Source of the DNA: Blasia pusilla
Taxonomy: Eukaryota
Reading direction: 5' to 3'
Length of the DNA: 64,000 nt
NCBI GenBank assembly: GCA_050084515.1
Contig: CM114271.1
Location: forward strand, 40,548,001-40,612,000
The notes beneath the pieces are model-generated. The model was not told the origin of the DNA. It saw only the letters and a list, made by a program, of their open reading frames with translations, and made no database searches. Shown here one piece after another: positions 13,182 to 27,580 of this stretch (position 1 is its first letter; each line of letters opens with the position of its first letter). A program made the translations under genes and the position numbers.

Positions 13182-14759
13182 CAGAGTAAATTGATGCCAA
13201 CGATCCAGCTACCAGTGTCTTGGAAACGTACAAGAATTTCTTCACATTCGTATTGCGTTATTCATTAGTTCTAGGGAAAGAAAACGACAGGAATAACTGG
13301 AGATTTGAAGTTCTTCCAATACAGACCTTCAGGAATGAGTGTGCCACTCCAACTCTCTCAATCAAGTGTGCTGAGCTCAGCCAGTCGATTCTCCGTCGAG
13401 CTCAATAAAATTTTATGCCGTCCGGCGTTCAGATTCATAAATGACATTCATGGATACCAACTCAGTCTCAATAACGCCACTTCACTCGTAGATTTCAAGT
13501 TGCGATACAAAATTAGGTTACTCAGTCTCACTATCGCCCCTTCACCCGTGCATTCCCAGTTTAGGGTGCTATACAAAAATTCCGCTTGTGCCTTAACGAT
13601 AACGCCTAAGCGACAATGTGTTGTGACGCTTCCATGTAGCATGAACTGACGGCCGGGATTTGTTGTACAAATGACCTCTGCCCCGCAGACCACGATGTTT
13701 CTTGCCCGTGGACGTCAACCCGCGCAGCTCACGATGCTTGTGGACAGGGTTCACTATCCAGTTGATCCTGGGATCGTTGCGGATTGCCTTGTGAGCGACA
13801 TCCACTAGGATGACTTCGTAATACTTGTAGGTGGAATCCTGCGGAGAACACAGTTGTCATTTGGATCTCAGAGACCAGGCGACTTCCATGGCACATTCGC
13901 ATATTGAGGGCGGACTTCAGAATGAGGTCCATCGATTTGAATGCCTGTCAATGCAAATCTTTAGACAAGCCGAACGGGTGTTTAAACAGTAAGACGTACC
14001 TGGTTGATCCAGTAAGAATTCAGAACTCTCAAACCACCCAACTTACGCCCCGCACGCTCCTCCGCCACAGACCTCAAGTTGCGCTGAAACTTCAATTGGG
14101 TAATACCCTGATTCTTTGGCTTACCGTAAACAATACCCTTGGATACAGGTCTCTTCCTGCCTCCCCTCCTCACGCGGATCCGGTAGACAACGTATCCCTA
14201 CAAGTCAAATCAAGAACCTCAGCGCTTGATACCGTCCACGAAGCTTGCTCGGGTGAATATCTGGGTCACGCCCCACGCCGATAGAAGGAAACAAATGCCA
14301 CAAAACCGACGGCCAAGAGTAGAGACGAAGGCCCTCGTTACAGAACGCAGTCGTCGCAATGTGGCTAAAATCATACCTGTTTGGCCTTATACCCAAGACG
14401 CCGAGCTTTGTCCGGGCGAGAGGGACGCGTGATGCGCACAATCCCGGGAAGTTGACGAAACTCCCAACATCGTACACGCAGCAAAAACCTCAACACATCC
14501 GACTGTTTCTTGCGCCACAACTCTTCCACATATTTGTAAGCACCCATCCCTCCTGCTCCCGCTCCGCCTCCCGACGAGCGCCCTGGCACCGCACCTGCAA
14601 TCTCAAAGCGCAGAAAGGAGTTTCACGCCGCTCCCCGGAGCCCTTGTAATGCTCAGGTTTCTCGCCCTCCCTTTAGCCGGCCCTTTCGAGTACAGGTTAG
14701 GGTTTCCTCCGTGCCCCAATAGTCATCACCTCGTCTGCGGACAAATAAATTGCAGCTTT
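13182..14759. repeat. ~1.58-kb direct segmental duplication of 4020-5602 (whole RPL15 gene with introns, UTRs and proximal promoter)
   Basis: Both copies begin CAGAGTAAATTGATGCCAACGA and end near GCGGACAA(C/A)TAAATTGCA. Introns are nearly identical. Confidence 0.95.
13593..14547 (-). CDS. RPL15: 60S ribosomal protein L15 (eL15), copy 2, intact, 204 aa
   Basis: Exons 14547-14377, 14197-14000 and 13838-13593. The coding differences I could see versus copy 1 are synonymous (GGT/GGC, GAC/GAT, AAG/AAA). Confidence 0.97.
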
Positions 14760-14799
14760 TTAGAAGAGTTTGATCGTGTGAGTTCTATTGATATTAGTA

Positions 14800-17700
14800 G
14801 GGAAAGTTGGACTAATGCAAACTTGAAGGAGTGAGGATGTTTTTAAATAAAACTATATAGTATGGTAGATAGTGTTAAAGACTATATATTGATGAGATTA
14901 TAAGAAATAATAAAATATCTGATGTTTAATGTGACCGTAATGAATTGGTAGAGAAGTGGAGTAAGTGGTGATTTGATTCAATCTTGTTGGAGAGCCCAGT
15001 GTGTGGTTCTTTTTAAGTAAATTTAATGCTACTCTATTATATGATGTATAATGCAAATTTAGATTGTACTTGTAAAAATTAATAGAGTGGCTGGTAATTA
15101 AATGTATTGTCAATGTTGTGTTTGTAATTTTTTTGAATTATGGTAAGTTTTGAATAGAATTGACACGAATTTGCAATGAAAGTTGCCAAATGATATCAAG
15201 AAAGTCACGTCTACTTTGGAGATACGTGAGGGATAATGATTGTCACAGGTAGTAGAATTGAATGTGACATTTCCAAGATGAAAATAGAATGTGAAGAGTA
15301 TAAGTGGGTGTACTAAAATGAAGTAACCATAGTTTGGTTACGTGCAAGCGGACTGTCGGGGAGTAAAAAGTTAAGAAGAGAAGCTCAATTGTGGGAAGTT
15401 GTAGCATTGTGTAAGTAGAAAGCAAATTGCAATGAGAGGATGTGTGGGGATTCGAGTAGGAGAGATAGAAGCAAGGCAAATGTAGGAGATTGTAGAAATT
15501 GGAAAGGATTGCATGTGCGGAAAAATATGTATTGATATAAGGAGTCTATCTAATGTGTATACATTGAAATATGGAAAGTTCAAAAATCAGAGCTGCATAT
15601 CTGGTTATAATTTAGAGCATAAAAGTCTATACAAAATAATCCTCAGAGTAACTGAAACTTCTGGTACGGACTGCTTATGAGTCGACTAGATGATAATGGA
15701 ATTATCATGTGAGTATGTGTCCAACAAAAGAGCATATGGCACTAACAGTATGTGGATGCTAATCTGGAATCACTTACGAGGAGTGACTCCATGATGTTTG
15801 CCTGAACTAGTAGTAAAGGATCTATTGCAATGAGCGGCCGAAGATGTTTGAAAAAGATCTTGAAATAGTATTGGCGTCCTTCAGCTTATCTTTATGAAAA
15901 TAAATCTAAGAGTTGAGAATGTCAGTCTCTTCATGAAGAGAGGACTCAAGGTCTTCATGTAAGTTCATTTGAATTCTCATAGAGGCAAGCTGCTCTTCAA
16001 CGTCTTGGAGTTGTGACAATGCCTGTTGGTAGATTGTTATAGGAACACTGTAGGAGTTCTCTTTGCACACATGTATCTATAGTCATGTTGACCTACATGA
16101 ATAGACAAAGTTGGTTAGAATTCAGTGGTGTGTTCGAATATTAAAGGCAGAGTGAACTAGAAAAATTGTATGTAGAGGATACAGATTTTAGGAGCAACAA
16201 TCCACCAGAGTATAAGATTAAAGCATCAAGGAAAACTTATGGAAGGGCTTAGAAATCTCTGACCTTGTAGTGTGAAGCTGAGAATATCAGATTGAAGGAT
16301 AGGAGAAAGAATATCATTACATTTAGAGAGTATCTCTGAGGTATGTAGTGTACTCCAAAGATTATTTGTTGCATGATTCTTAACTATAATATTGATGCAT
16401 TCAAAGTCTTTTATAAGCCCACGATGTATGCACTCATGGAGGTATGTCCATTCACTACATTCTGAAGATACAATTGCAAGGACCTGCTCTGATCTAAATG
16501 GTATATGTTGTAACAATAAGTTGTAAAAGAATTATTGCCATTGATGAAGTGGATGAAAGTCAATGAACCTTATTAAACGTGTGGTTGAACAAATATAATT
16601 TCCAAGATTGTCTATACCAACTACTAAAGAGGACAAGTGTGATTGAGATGGTTTCATAACCTGGTAATTACGCCAAAAATCTGTAAATATTAAGTTTTCA
16701 AGAAAATAAGGTCTGTATGAGTATAGTGCCACTGGATGGAAGCATGGGATTGAGGAGTTCTTATAAAGAGAAATGTGTTGATATGGTGGATTAGAGTCTA
16801 TGTATTTGATTGATTGAGATCTAAATATAATTGGTATTTGCATTGAAGTGAGTGAAGCTTCACTTGCAAAAACTAAGCGATTGAGGACTATACCTGATAT
16901 GAGTTTGAGATTTACTTCATCTAAGCTCTCTAATCCAAGACAACATGTTGTTTCCGTATCTATATGTAGGGAATGTGTAGGCTCTGATTTTAATGCATAC
17001 TTTAGTAAGTAGTAAGACCGATCCATGCTTATAACTCGTTGGATATTCATGTGAGCTCCCCATAAAAGTAATATCAATGGATGATAGGGAATTACGTTAC
17101 GATGGGTGGATGATGGTCTATAATATGTCCACTATAATGACTGTGGATGTATGTAAGCTTCTAACTTTAAATTAGTATGTGCAGAGAATCCTAGACGACA
17201 ATAGGGTCTTTGGTTTTTTTTTTTTTTCTAATGATAAAAAACATTCTTTGCAGCGATGTAACTATTTGGTAGTGACATACTCATTCAGGAATAGCAAGAT
17301 CTTATCAGAAGTTACAGTTGAGACAGACGTATTTGTAACTGGATTATCAAGAGAAGGTATATATGGACATATTTCATAAGTAATACGGTCTATATTTGAA
17401 TTATCAACCCATATATCATTTGGCAGTGGTGGCTTCCCCCTATCTTGTAATTCATACCTAAGAACATAGTTTGCCATTTTTCCTAGGAGTTGCGGACCGG
17501 AGAATATAAAGTTGGAAAGAAATGTGTGTAGCCTTGTATGGAAGAGTCGTGCACATTCTGCTGATGCATCTCTCCGAGTGAAAATTATATAGAAGGATTT
17601 GGGGAGGTTTTCAATGTGCTCAATCTCCATCCATGTTGTCGAAGAGATCTCATTAGAGATTAATGTGAGAAAAAAATGTGGCATGCCCCAAGCTTGGACC

Positions 17701-18100
17701 ATGGAATTTAAGTCTTTGAGGTGTTTCCTCTGTCTGCTTTGAGTCCCTGGAAGCTGTGGGATAATTGAGTGTTTTGACAAGTTTGTATACAACTCGTCTT
17801 CAGAGAGGTCAGACCTGTCCTTCCTCAATCTGTCAAGGTACCTATTAAGGAAGAAGGAGTTTGAGATGAGCAGAGGGAAATTGATTGTCTGAGCTGGTGC
17901 ATTACTAGTGGAAATGGTTTGTATAGTGAGAAGGAGCTAAAAAGCTGCCTAGATCTAAGTTTCATGTAGCCTGAAAATGACCCTATTCCTTTGAAAAATC
18001 CCTTCAAGTAAGAAAAGAGGAATGGAAATATTCCTTTCTCTATTGTTAACTTCTTATCGAGGGATGTGCATGTAGAATCCTGTTAGAAAATTCTCCTTTA
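14800..18100 (-). mobile_element. Degenerate Helitron RepHel remnant
   Basis: ORF 17262-17828 has LKDLNSMVQAWGMPHFFLTL and NYVLRYELQDRG (Rep HUH motif 1/2 region). ORF 16532-17077 has WGAHMNIQ...YYLLKYALKSEP (catalytic YxxKY motif). Homologous to 58150-60100. The outer limits are approximate. Confidence 0.75.
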
Positions 18101-20359
18101 TATGGGCTTCATGCCGAAAAAATATGGATCCTTTATTGAAAGTGTTAGAGGATTTTCTCCTACAAATTGGAAGTGTATAACTTACATCTTGTAGAAAATT
18201 TATTTCTGGATGGTATGGATTAAAGGACATGCTATGAGTAACTTGACACGCAAAGATGCAAGGAGATTGTTCAGCCTTGTGTTAGGCGGCATCAAAGTGG
18301 ACCAACTCCACCTGCTAAGACACCAAATGCACTTACTGTTCAACATGCTCATTGATTTGGCTTCAACTAAAGTTAGTCATCTTATAGATCGGATGAAAAC
18401 AACCCAATATAATGGCCAGATGCTAGAGTTTGAACCTGTGCCTATTGATATAGACAACCCTAGCCATGTCCCAATTTTGCCTCATTTTGATGAAGTTATC
18501 ATATTTCCTTCTGAGACAGCCATGCACTTCTCCACATCTACTCATAACAACGTTAACGCAAATGACATTCCCTCTAAAGTTTTCGCAACAAAAAATAATG
18601 ACTTTAACTCTACACTCTAATCTCACAAGAAGAGGAAGCGCACTTAGTTTTTGGTGCTCAACGGTGTGTGCCATATATCCTTATCTTGCCGCTCATTACA
18701 ATTTCAAGCATCAATTCCATGAAATTTGTACATACTTCCTCCAACCAACCCTACCTTGTGTTCATGTTCGCAGGTTAATTTCTCAACACACTAGCCAGTC
18801 ATCATGTTTTCATACCACTTGTCTATTGCTGTTACCAACTTTTGGAATCAAAATTTTTCTATACTTATGCAAGGCTTTGACTCTGATTTTTCTATTTCAT
18901 AAAAATCTTCGTGCATAATTTTTATTCTAGATGTACACTGCAACACTTTCCACTAGTTCTATTCACTCAACATGTCCACGTATTTTTTATTGCCACTTCT
19001 TTATAGTGCTTCTTGCTATATTCTCTCTATGTATGCAACTCTACTTCCTGGTTGGTGTTCAATTTTAGTTCATTTACAATTCTCTCTTATTCCACTTTCC
19101 TTGCAAGTCTGCTTTGTACCATTATCATTTTCATGTTTGGACATTTCAAAGTGCCATTCTTCATTCCTACTTTAGCTTATTGGGGTTGTCTATATATCTT
19201 TATTGTAGATCTGGAGTGGAGCTCACAATACAAATTTCTACACTGAAGGGTACACCGGAGATTTTGCAAATTGGGATTATCATTCTAGTGGACTATCATA
19301 TCACATTTACAATTCTATCTAGTCTGCTTTGGATGAGGTTGAAGAACCATTTGGCCGACTATCAAGTGAAGTCGTTGTTCTGACAGATGTTCTTCCACTT
19401 GAGCAGGAAGCCAAGAGGGAACACTTACTTAGACTCCATGATCTCAAGCATCAATTGGCAAAAGCTAGGGCTTAGTTCAAAAAGTTATTGACTAGTATCT
19501 AGGCCTACATTCAGAATGACTCCAAGCTTGCTTTCCAAACTTCTGTCATTGAATCTCTTCTTCGTTGCTATGACTTGTCAAAATCACTTGCAAATCTTCC
19601 ATATCCATGTGCTCAAATTTTGATTCCATTGCTCTCTGAGAAGTTGTTGATATTCATTTTACCAACTCTTGAGTTGGATTCCTTCTATGCTATACATCTA
19701 TGGAATTCTCGTTCATTGTTTTTCTCATTATAATCATTTTCCCGAGTATAACTTAACCTCTATTATCCCAATCAGATTTCATATTCTTCTCACACGCATT
19801 GGCTTCAAACATGAGCATTCCCATCCATTTAAGTTCAAACTACATATTCAAATGTATTGAATTCAACTCTCATGAACACTCTAGTTTATTTACACCAATT
19901 ATTTTTTCTCTTTAACTATTAAAAATTGCTTCAAAGTCACTGGGGTTGCCTTAAACATAAGCATTCCCATCAAACTTCATTCTTTTAAATATACTCGATT
20001 CATCTCTCATAATCACTCTATCTCCTTCAAGTCCATTAACTTTTGCTCTACCACTATACATTTACTTCAGATCTCACTTGGGCTTATTGCACATCCATTG
20101 CTTCCACATTCCCCTTGGGTACGCACATCCTCCTTATGACTTTTGTGAATCATAAATTCATTTTAGAGTTTTCGCATATGGTGACCTCATGACTTCATAC
20201 AATTACACAAATCCAACCTATCACGACTTCTACTTGCAATTACTCAAAATCATCTATCTTGACTAGCAATACGTCCCTATCGTCTTTAGTCGTCCACAAT
20301 TCTCTACTTCATTATTATTGATTATTCATTCCACACCTTACTCATCAATATTATTTGTT

Positions 20360-20495
20360 AAGAGTGCTTTCTTGATTTGCAAACACCTATTTGGTTGACA
20401 TGTGGCAACCGGGCAGCGAGAAAATGTTTCCCTCTCTACGGGCATCAAGAAACAATTTGCCTTCACTCTCGTGCATGGCACGGGCTGCCCACTAG
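20360..20495 (+). mobile_element. Helitron-type 3' terminus
   Basis: Hairpin CGTGC-ATG-GCACG (20470-20482) followed by CTAG at 20492-20495. Related subterminal sequence also occurs at 20515-20600, 6261-6445 and 51945-52125. Confidence 0.6.
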
Positions 20496-22099
20496 CATAT
20501 TATAAATGATGGGAAAGTGCTTTATTTTTGCTAACACGTCTCCGTTTGACACGTGGTAATTGGGCAGCAATAAGATATTTCACATCTTACTGGAAACAAG
20601 ATTTAAAAAAAAAGTTGTGTGAACATCATTATCCCTTCCCTTCACGGGTATACAATAACAAAAAAAAAATCTTCAAACATTTTTTTATTTCCTCACTAGT
20701 TACGGCCCTTACATGTAGACTTGCACATAAATCCCTCTTCCAAGCGGCTCTATTTTCCTTCTTTTTCAGAATTCGCAATACAGATGTGTAGGTGTCGAAT
20801 CCATGTTGGCTAGCGCTTTGGCTGTATCATCCAATCCTAACGTACCACTGAGACATTTATACTATCTCAGGGCACGAACGACTATACGCACTTAAGTTTG
20901 TAATAATCACCAATTACTCCTAAAACGCCATTTGCACTATCGTTTGTGCGATGTCTCAGTGTAATTAAGCTCTCACGCTATAGAGCTCTTTCTTGACTAC
21001 TGTCTATTCATGCCACTGACACATAGTATTCCTTTCATGCTCCATTCGTTTCTTTCCACTTCTCGGAGTACTTCTCGTTTCCCACTACGGTGACTCTTCG
21101 ACACCCGGTCTTCCACTCCACATTCTTCGCTCCAACGCACAAATAATAGATTTCTCGAATGCCTCATACGGAATGTCTAGTGTTTTTCTTGTACTTACGT
21201 ACATTTCATTTTGTTTCTTTCTCTCCAGGCTTTCTTTTCCATCTCCAATTCAGTTCCCAATTGTGCTTTGTTTCCTTCACGACCAAGAACAACTCAGTCA
21301 TATTGTCGAACGCGCCCGTAGCAGATCCAATTTCTGCTCGTCATACCAGCTCACGCACTTACTCTGTCACGAAACTTGCCTACCTCCGCACTTTCACATG
21401 ACACAGGCTCGGTGCTTCCAACTGATTACCAAGCATATTATGCGTTGTTCCTGGCTGGTTCCTTCATATTCTACACTAATTCACCACTTCATTATAGGTT
21501 CTCGCTCATTTCCACACATGGTCGGTGCGTCCACCTCGTGTTTGCACATTTTCACCATCGTTATTGGGCGCTTTCATGCAGTTCAACATTGTTTCACCAC
21601 TCCATCAGAACTTCACGCTCATTTCCGCACTCTACTCGCCTCTACAGTCTTCCTTATCTTTGGTCTATTCATAATCAACCGATGTGAAAGAGCTCTCATC
21701 TACACTCTACTTACACTTTCTAAAGTTCTTCCATCACTTACCATCACCAAATCCACATAGTTATGCTCAGATATTAGCTCAGAGTTATTCAGCAAGATAT
21801 TCTTTGTTTCTACACTTTTCGGTAATGGCGGCAAACTACATTGTGTGACTTCAATCTAGTTTCAGGTAATTGTTACTTGGGAAGTGATTTTCCATTATAA
21901 AAATAGATTCGGCTCCTCCACTCATTTTACAATTGAGTTCCTCGTTCTTTATGTTTAACAATATAAATATCTTCCTTGTATTTGTGCAAATGTTTATGCA
22001 AGACTAAGTGTAATAATGCATTAGGATATGCACATGGAGACTATAAACCTATCAATCAACAAACATAGTGTGATAGGTATGTCATGCCCACTCCTAAAG

Positions 22100-23026
<927 letters not shown>

Positions 23027-23449
23027 GTCCGCCATAATTTTATCATAATCTTGAAGATGGTAATGGACCTCCAATAACACTAAATTAATTGTCTGAATAT
23101 CCAATGAAAGATTGAGAATTCCAATTCTCTGTTAAGAAGAAAAAATAAATAAGTTCAAACATAAATAAGTACATAACAAAATAATCATAAAAGAAATAAG
23201 AAAATTATTGACTAAACAAAAGGCATGCATTTGATGTTTAAAGTCGATCTTATGTTAGTGGAACTAAGAAATTTTCTCACACCATAGCCGGAAGAGAAGT
23301 TGTGTTACATAAAAGAATGATTGCAAAGAGTGTATGTAATGAATAATCAGTACAAATGACAACCACCTCTTCAAAGCAAGAAAAGATCTCTCTATCATCC
23401 TCCAAAAGTCTCATTTGAATAGCAATGTCTTTGAAGGTAGGATAAACCA

Positions 23450-24326
23450 CACCATCAATAATGTTATCTTATTGGAGGGACCCGATGGTATGGTTTGGAA
23501 GCACCATGTGCATAACTACACACCATGTTACCTTTCTAACATCGAAGGTATATTTGATTCGAGCTTAGCATTAGTTTATGCATGCTTGCGATGTATGTTG
23601 TGTGGTTTTGCCCGTGGTACAACCACTATGCTAGTATGTGATGGATGTTCAAGATGATGGCATATGGCATGTATGACGCCACCTCTCACTAGGGTTCCTC
23701 GGGGGTGATGGATGTGCCCCATATGTACATAGAGTAGATGCAAGATAGGTATAGATTTTGACTTGTACTTTTTATATGGATGAAAGAAGACGATTAACAA
23801 TGGGGGCATATGAGCACCGTGCCTTTTTGGTCATAGCGTCTTAGAGATGTATGTCATTGTAGCTAGGTTGGGATAGTTGGCTATTTGGAGTTTGAGGGAG
23901 TTAACCACCAGGTGGGGGTGGGGGCATTTGGAGATATTTTTGTACTTATCGTCTTGATGTTTGGATGCCATGAGTTAGCATGGGATTGTGTGTGTGTTTG
24001 TGTATGCAATCGATGACAACGATGCATGTTGTGTAGTGATGTGTATATGCACGACAATTATCAGATATTTTAGGATAGATTGCATAGTTCTAGTACAACA
24101 TCTTTGAGGATACTAGAGGACAGCCTTAAGGGGTTGAGAATGATTTTCCGAGGCCACGGGTAACCTCAAAGAGCAAGTTTCGTCTTCATTTCGGCTCATT
24201 TCGAGCCATATATACAAACTTGCTCTAGCTTTTGAGTACATTATTATTTCGAGCATAGTTCCTTGTCCAAATTGGGAAGTAGCCCTTGACCTCCTATAAC
24301 AAGCCAAGAGCCAAGGAAGCAACTTG
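23450..24326 (+). mobile_element. 3' remnant of the DNMT-Gypsy family: integrase tail, PHD, R segment, junction, partial L
   Basis: LLEGPDGMVWKHHVHN...CMLCGFARGTTTMLVCDGCSR..HMACMTPP...WMCPIC; G-rich tract; R at about 23928-24056; GACA-AT-TATCA junction; L homology to about 24326. Confidence 0.85.
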
Positions 24327-24447
24327 CAAGTTTATGATTGAGGTCTTCTCAATTGATGGAGAAGTAATCGTTACCGTTGACGCTCCCCTTGAGCTAGGAT
24401 AAGCAAAAAAAATGTAAAAAAAAGAAAATACAAATGAGTCTACAACA

Positions 24448-24770
24448 TTAACTTAATTCTTTGCCTTCATAATTGTATCTTAACACAAAATATAAAGTTA
24501 ACATAGGTTGATTTGTCATGTACAAACGTACAATAGGATATCTACATCCTTTTCGTGCACGTGTACGTGGATGATATTGCTTCTTATTCCAAGAGTAGTG
24601 AGAAGGGAACTCCAAATAAAGATGTTGTGTCGTCGAATGAGAAACATTTTTTGCAAACCATTGAGTGAGAGCGTGGTCCTTAGTTTGATCCACAAGGTTA
24701 GCTAATGAATCTTGCCCATGAAAATATACCATTTGACTATCTAGAAGATGGGCAATTAATGTCACAATAC
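24448..24770 (-). mobile_element. Helitron RepHel fragment (canonical type)
   Basis: ALTQWFAKN...HLYLEFPSHYSWN...IVRLY resembles the LTAWF..N...LY..FP..Y.W...IGRLY segment between Rep and helicase of canonical Helitrons. Confidence 0.6.
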
Positions 24771-25167
24771 TTGATTGCTTTGCATATGGACTAAACTTGA
24801 AGATTCGCCAACATGTTTCTGAAGAAGAAACGTAGCTTTATACCATACAATATAAATATTGTTAGAATCCGAGATTATATCATAGGAAAAAATAGTGATC
24901 CATGGAAAAAAAAGATCAAAATACCTTGCATCAAGATATAATAACGGCTCATCAATAGTATCCTTGGCTGATGTAGTATTTGCCAAGATATATGACATGG
25001 AATATATCAGATCCATTGTACACATACTTATAATCTTGGATTCTCAACATCCACTCCTCTGAGCACCATTAATCTGATCGGCCTCCTTGTATGAGAAGAA
25101 GCATAGATTGATGGTTATGAATTAGACGTCGAAGGAATCATAGTAATATGACGTAGGTGGTTTTAGG

Positions 25168-25260
25168 AGTAGCGTTACTAGGTTTATCTAACCCTATATT
25201 GCATCATGGTGCAGGGCACCATGATGCAATATAGGGTTAGATAAACCTAGTAACGCTACT
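25168..25260. repeat. Perfect inverted repeat, 45-bp arms, 3-nt loop
   Basis: 25168-25212 is the exact reverse complement of 25216-25260. Confidence 0.95.
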
Positions 25261-26626
25261 TGAGGATCCTGGTTGCATGTGCGGGGTTGCCCAGATGGAG
25301 GCCGCCGCAGTTGTGACGCGTGGAGCAGCCGCAGAGTTGGTTCCACAACGAGGGGAAGCCAGAAAACAGACTAGGCTTCCTCACTCTTTCACGTTGTCCG
25401 AAGCAATGAGGACCCCATCGATGGGTCCTCATCAAAGTTCCTTGAGAGTTGGTGATGTTGTTGGTGTGCAGGCACGGAGGGCGATGGGAGAAGCGAGTGC
25501 GACGACTCCTATTATTGATGCTCAGGAGGGGCATGTGTCGAGCACATTGTTGGGGGCGGCCACTGTTGTGTACCGCACTCCTTTATTTTCTGCTTCCGAT
25601 GTTATGACGTTGGGGGGTACGCCCGCCGAGGCTTTTCGGCTGGCCGTGTCGCTATGTGAGCGCGGAGTTGGAGTTCCTGCATCACGTTCAGAGGTGATTG
25701 CAGAGGAGGTGATGGACCTGCCCTTGGAGCGGATGCTCGGACCATCCACGTCAGATTCATGGCAGGCTGCGGCTGCTAGAATGGCGGAGATGCCCGCTAG
25801 ACCCGCAATAGAGCGTGCCATGGCTTCTCCTGGTGTTGTGTTGTTGGATAACCGAGGAGAGGTCTTCCAGTTGGTGAGTCATGGAGGTAGAGCTTTTAGT
25901 CCGCAGCGCGTCTTGTTGGATTCAGCAGCGCAACCCCTGATGTTGGGGAAAGCGTCATTGAGGATTGGGCTTGACGAGAGCGATGTGGAGCGTTGTCCAT
26001 TCCGGATCTGAGACATCCTTGGGTGGAGCGAGTACCGCACAGTATATCACCCGACAAGAGGTCGTGGTGAGGATTCGCCCGAGACATCCTACAGATGAGT
26101 CCGTGGTGCGTGTCAAGGCGATAGTGACTGATGCAGAGTCCTACGACGTCTTGGTTGGTGGAGCAGTGTTATACCCAATGGGTTTTTCCCTGGATTACTG
26201 GGAGGAGTCAGCGTCCGACAGAGCAGGATGGCAGTCACGTGATGGGTGCCTTAGCTCATTACCCGTTCGATTCATAGGTGCAGTGATCGAGCAACGGCTA
26301 GGAGAGATGGCGACCTTAGCAGCATTTACCAGTGCCATCACTTGGCCTAGTGATTTGATTGAGGGACATGTCCATGCAGAGGATACTCCTGTTCTTGACA
26401 TTTCTATGGAGAGGAGTGTTATGGTAGGTGCATCATTCCGTGGAGGAGAGGTGCCGATGTGGGGCTCGAGTGAGGAGCTTCGACGATTGGGAGATGAGCA
26501 CGTGCAGACCGCGTGGAGCGAGGCGTTTGCATCAGAGCGTGACAGGTCTGAGGAACCCAAGGTAGCCGGAGTGCTACGATGACACCCTTGGATACCACAC
26601 CCATTGTGTGGTGTACCCCGGAGGAG

Positions 26627-27580
26627 GATATTCGAGTGTTAGATCTCTTTGGAGGGATTAGCACCGGGTTAGCTACTGTTTTGTAGGCAGGAGTGCGAGT
26701 ACAATAGTACCTGTATGTGGAGAGTGATGATGTTGCAAGGCGCGTCTCACTATGACATGTGGCGCAGTTACGCCTACGTTTTCCCGACTTATTGTGTGCG
26801 TCCGCAGTACAGGGGTATCAGAGTTCCCTACCGAGGGATATTTCGTTGTTGGGGGCATAGGACTTAGAGTGGGTAGGGACCATTGATTTGGTCATTTCCG
26901 ATTGGCCATGTCAGGGCCAATCGAGTGCTGGACGAGGCAGCGGGTTGGCTGACACTCGGTCCAAGTTATTTTGGGAGATGTTGAGGGTCTTACGGCAGTT
27001 GCAGGAGCACCAGTCTCATTCTCCAGCCTATATTCTAGAGAATGTGCCGATCTTAGGAGACTCCCGGTCACGGGTGGTGACGAGTGCTCATCAGGTGTGT
27101 GCCTGGATCGGCCCAGCAGTGTTCTTGGATGCGGCGAGTGTAGGTTCTAGAGCCCATCGCCCGCGTCTATGGTGGACCAACTTGGTGCCCCATGTGGTGT
27201 TACGGAGGGCGTATGCGAGAGTGGAGCGCCCCTCCCATTTGTTGGTGGATTCCATTCTGGATCCAGGTCGTCGATCATAGGCAGTGAGGTATGATGATCG
27301 ACCACCGTTGACTGTGGTCAACAGGGTAGGCAGGCCGCGGGCAGCCTTGCCCACGTTTGTGAGTTTTCCTGCTTCCTATGCATACAAGGAGGCCGGTCCT
27401 GGCTTGGTTTGGGATGACCAAGTTCAGCGGTTAGTGGAGCCCAACGCCGACAAGAGAGAGCGAGCGATGGGATTTCCCACAGGAGTGACGGCAGTATCGT
27501 CAATGTCAGAGGCATCACGACGCCATGTCTTGGGTCAAGCGATGGACCTGAAGTGCTTGACATGGATCCTTAGCTTGGGA
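26627..27580 (+). pseudogene. DNMT3-like C5 cytosine methyltransferase domain within the retroelement polyprotein (premature stops)
   Basis: In the same frame as pol: IRVLDLFGGISTG (I), YVESD (II), DISLL (III), DLVISDWPCQGQSSAG (IV, catalytic PC), DTRSKLF (V), YILENV (VI), DAASVGSRAHRPRLWWTN (VIII), ERAMGFPTGVT (IX), RRHVLGQAMD (X). Confidence 0.93.

Noticed and set aside
26627-27580. Host DNMT3/DRM gene or bacterial restriction-modification contaminant
   Set aside because: Intronless, in frame between retroviral-type protease and RT in multiple copies, with no cognate nuclease; motif order is not DRM-permuted.
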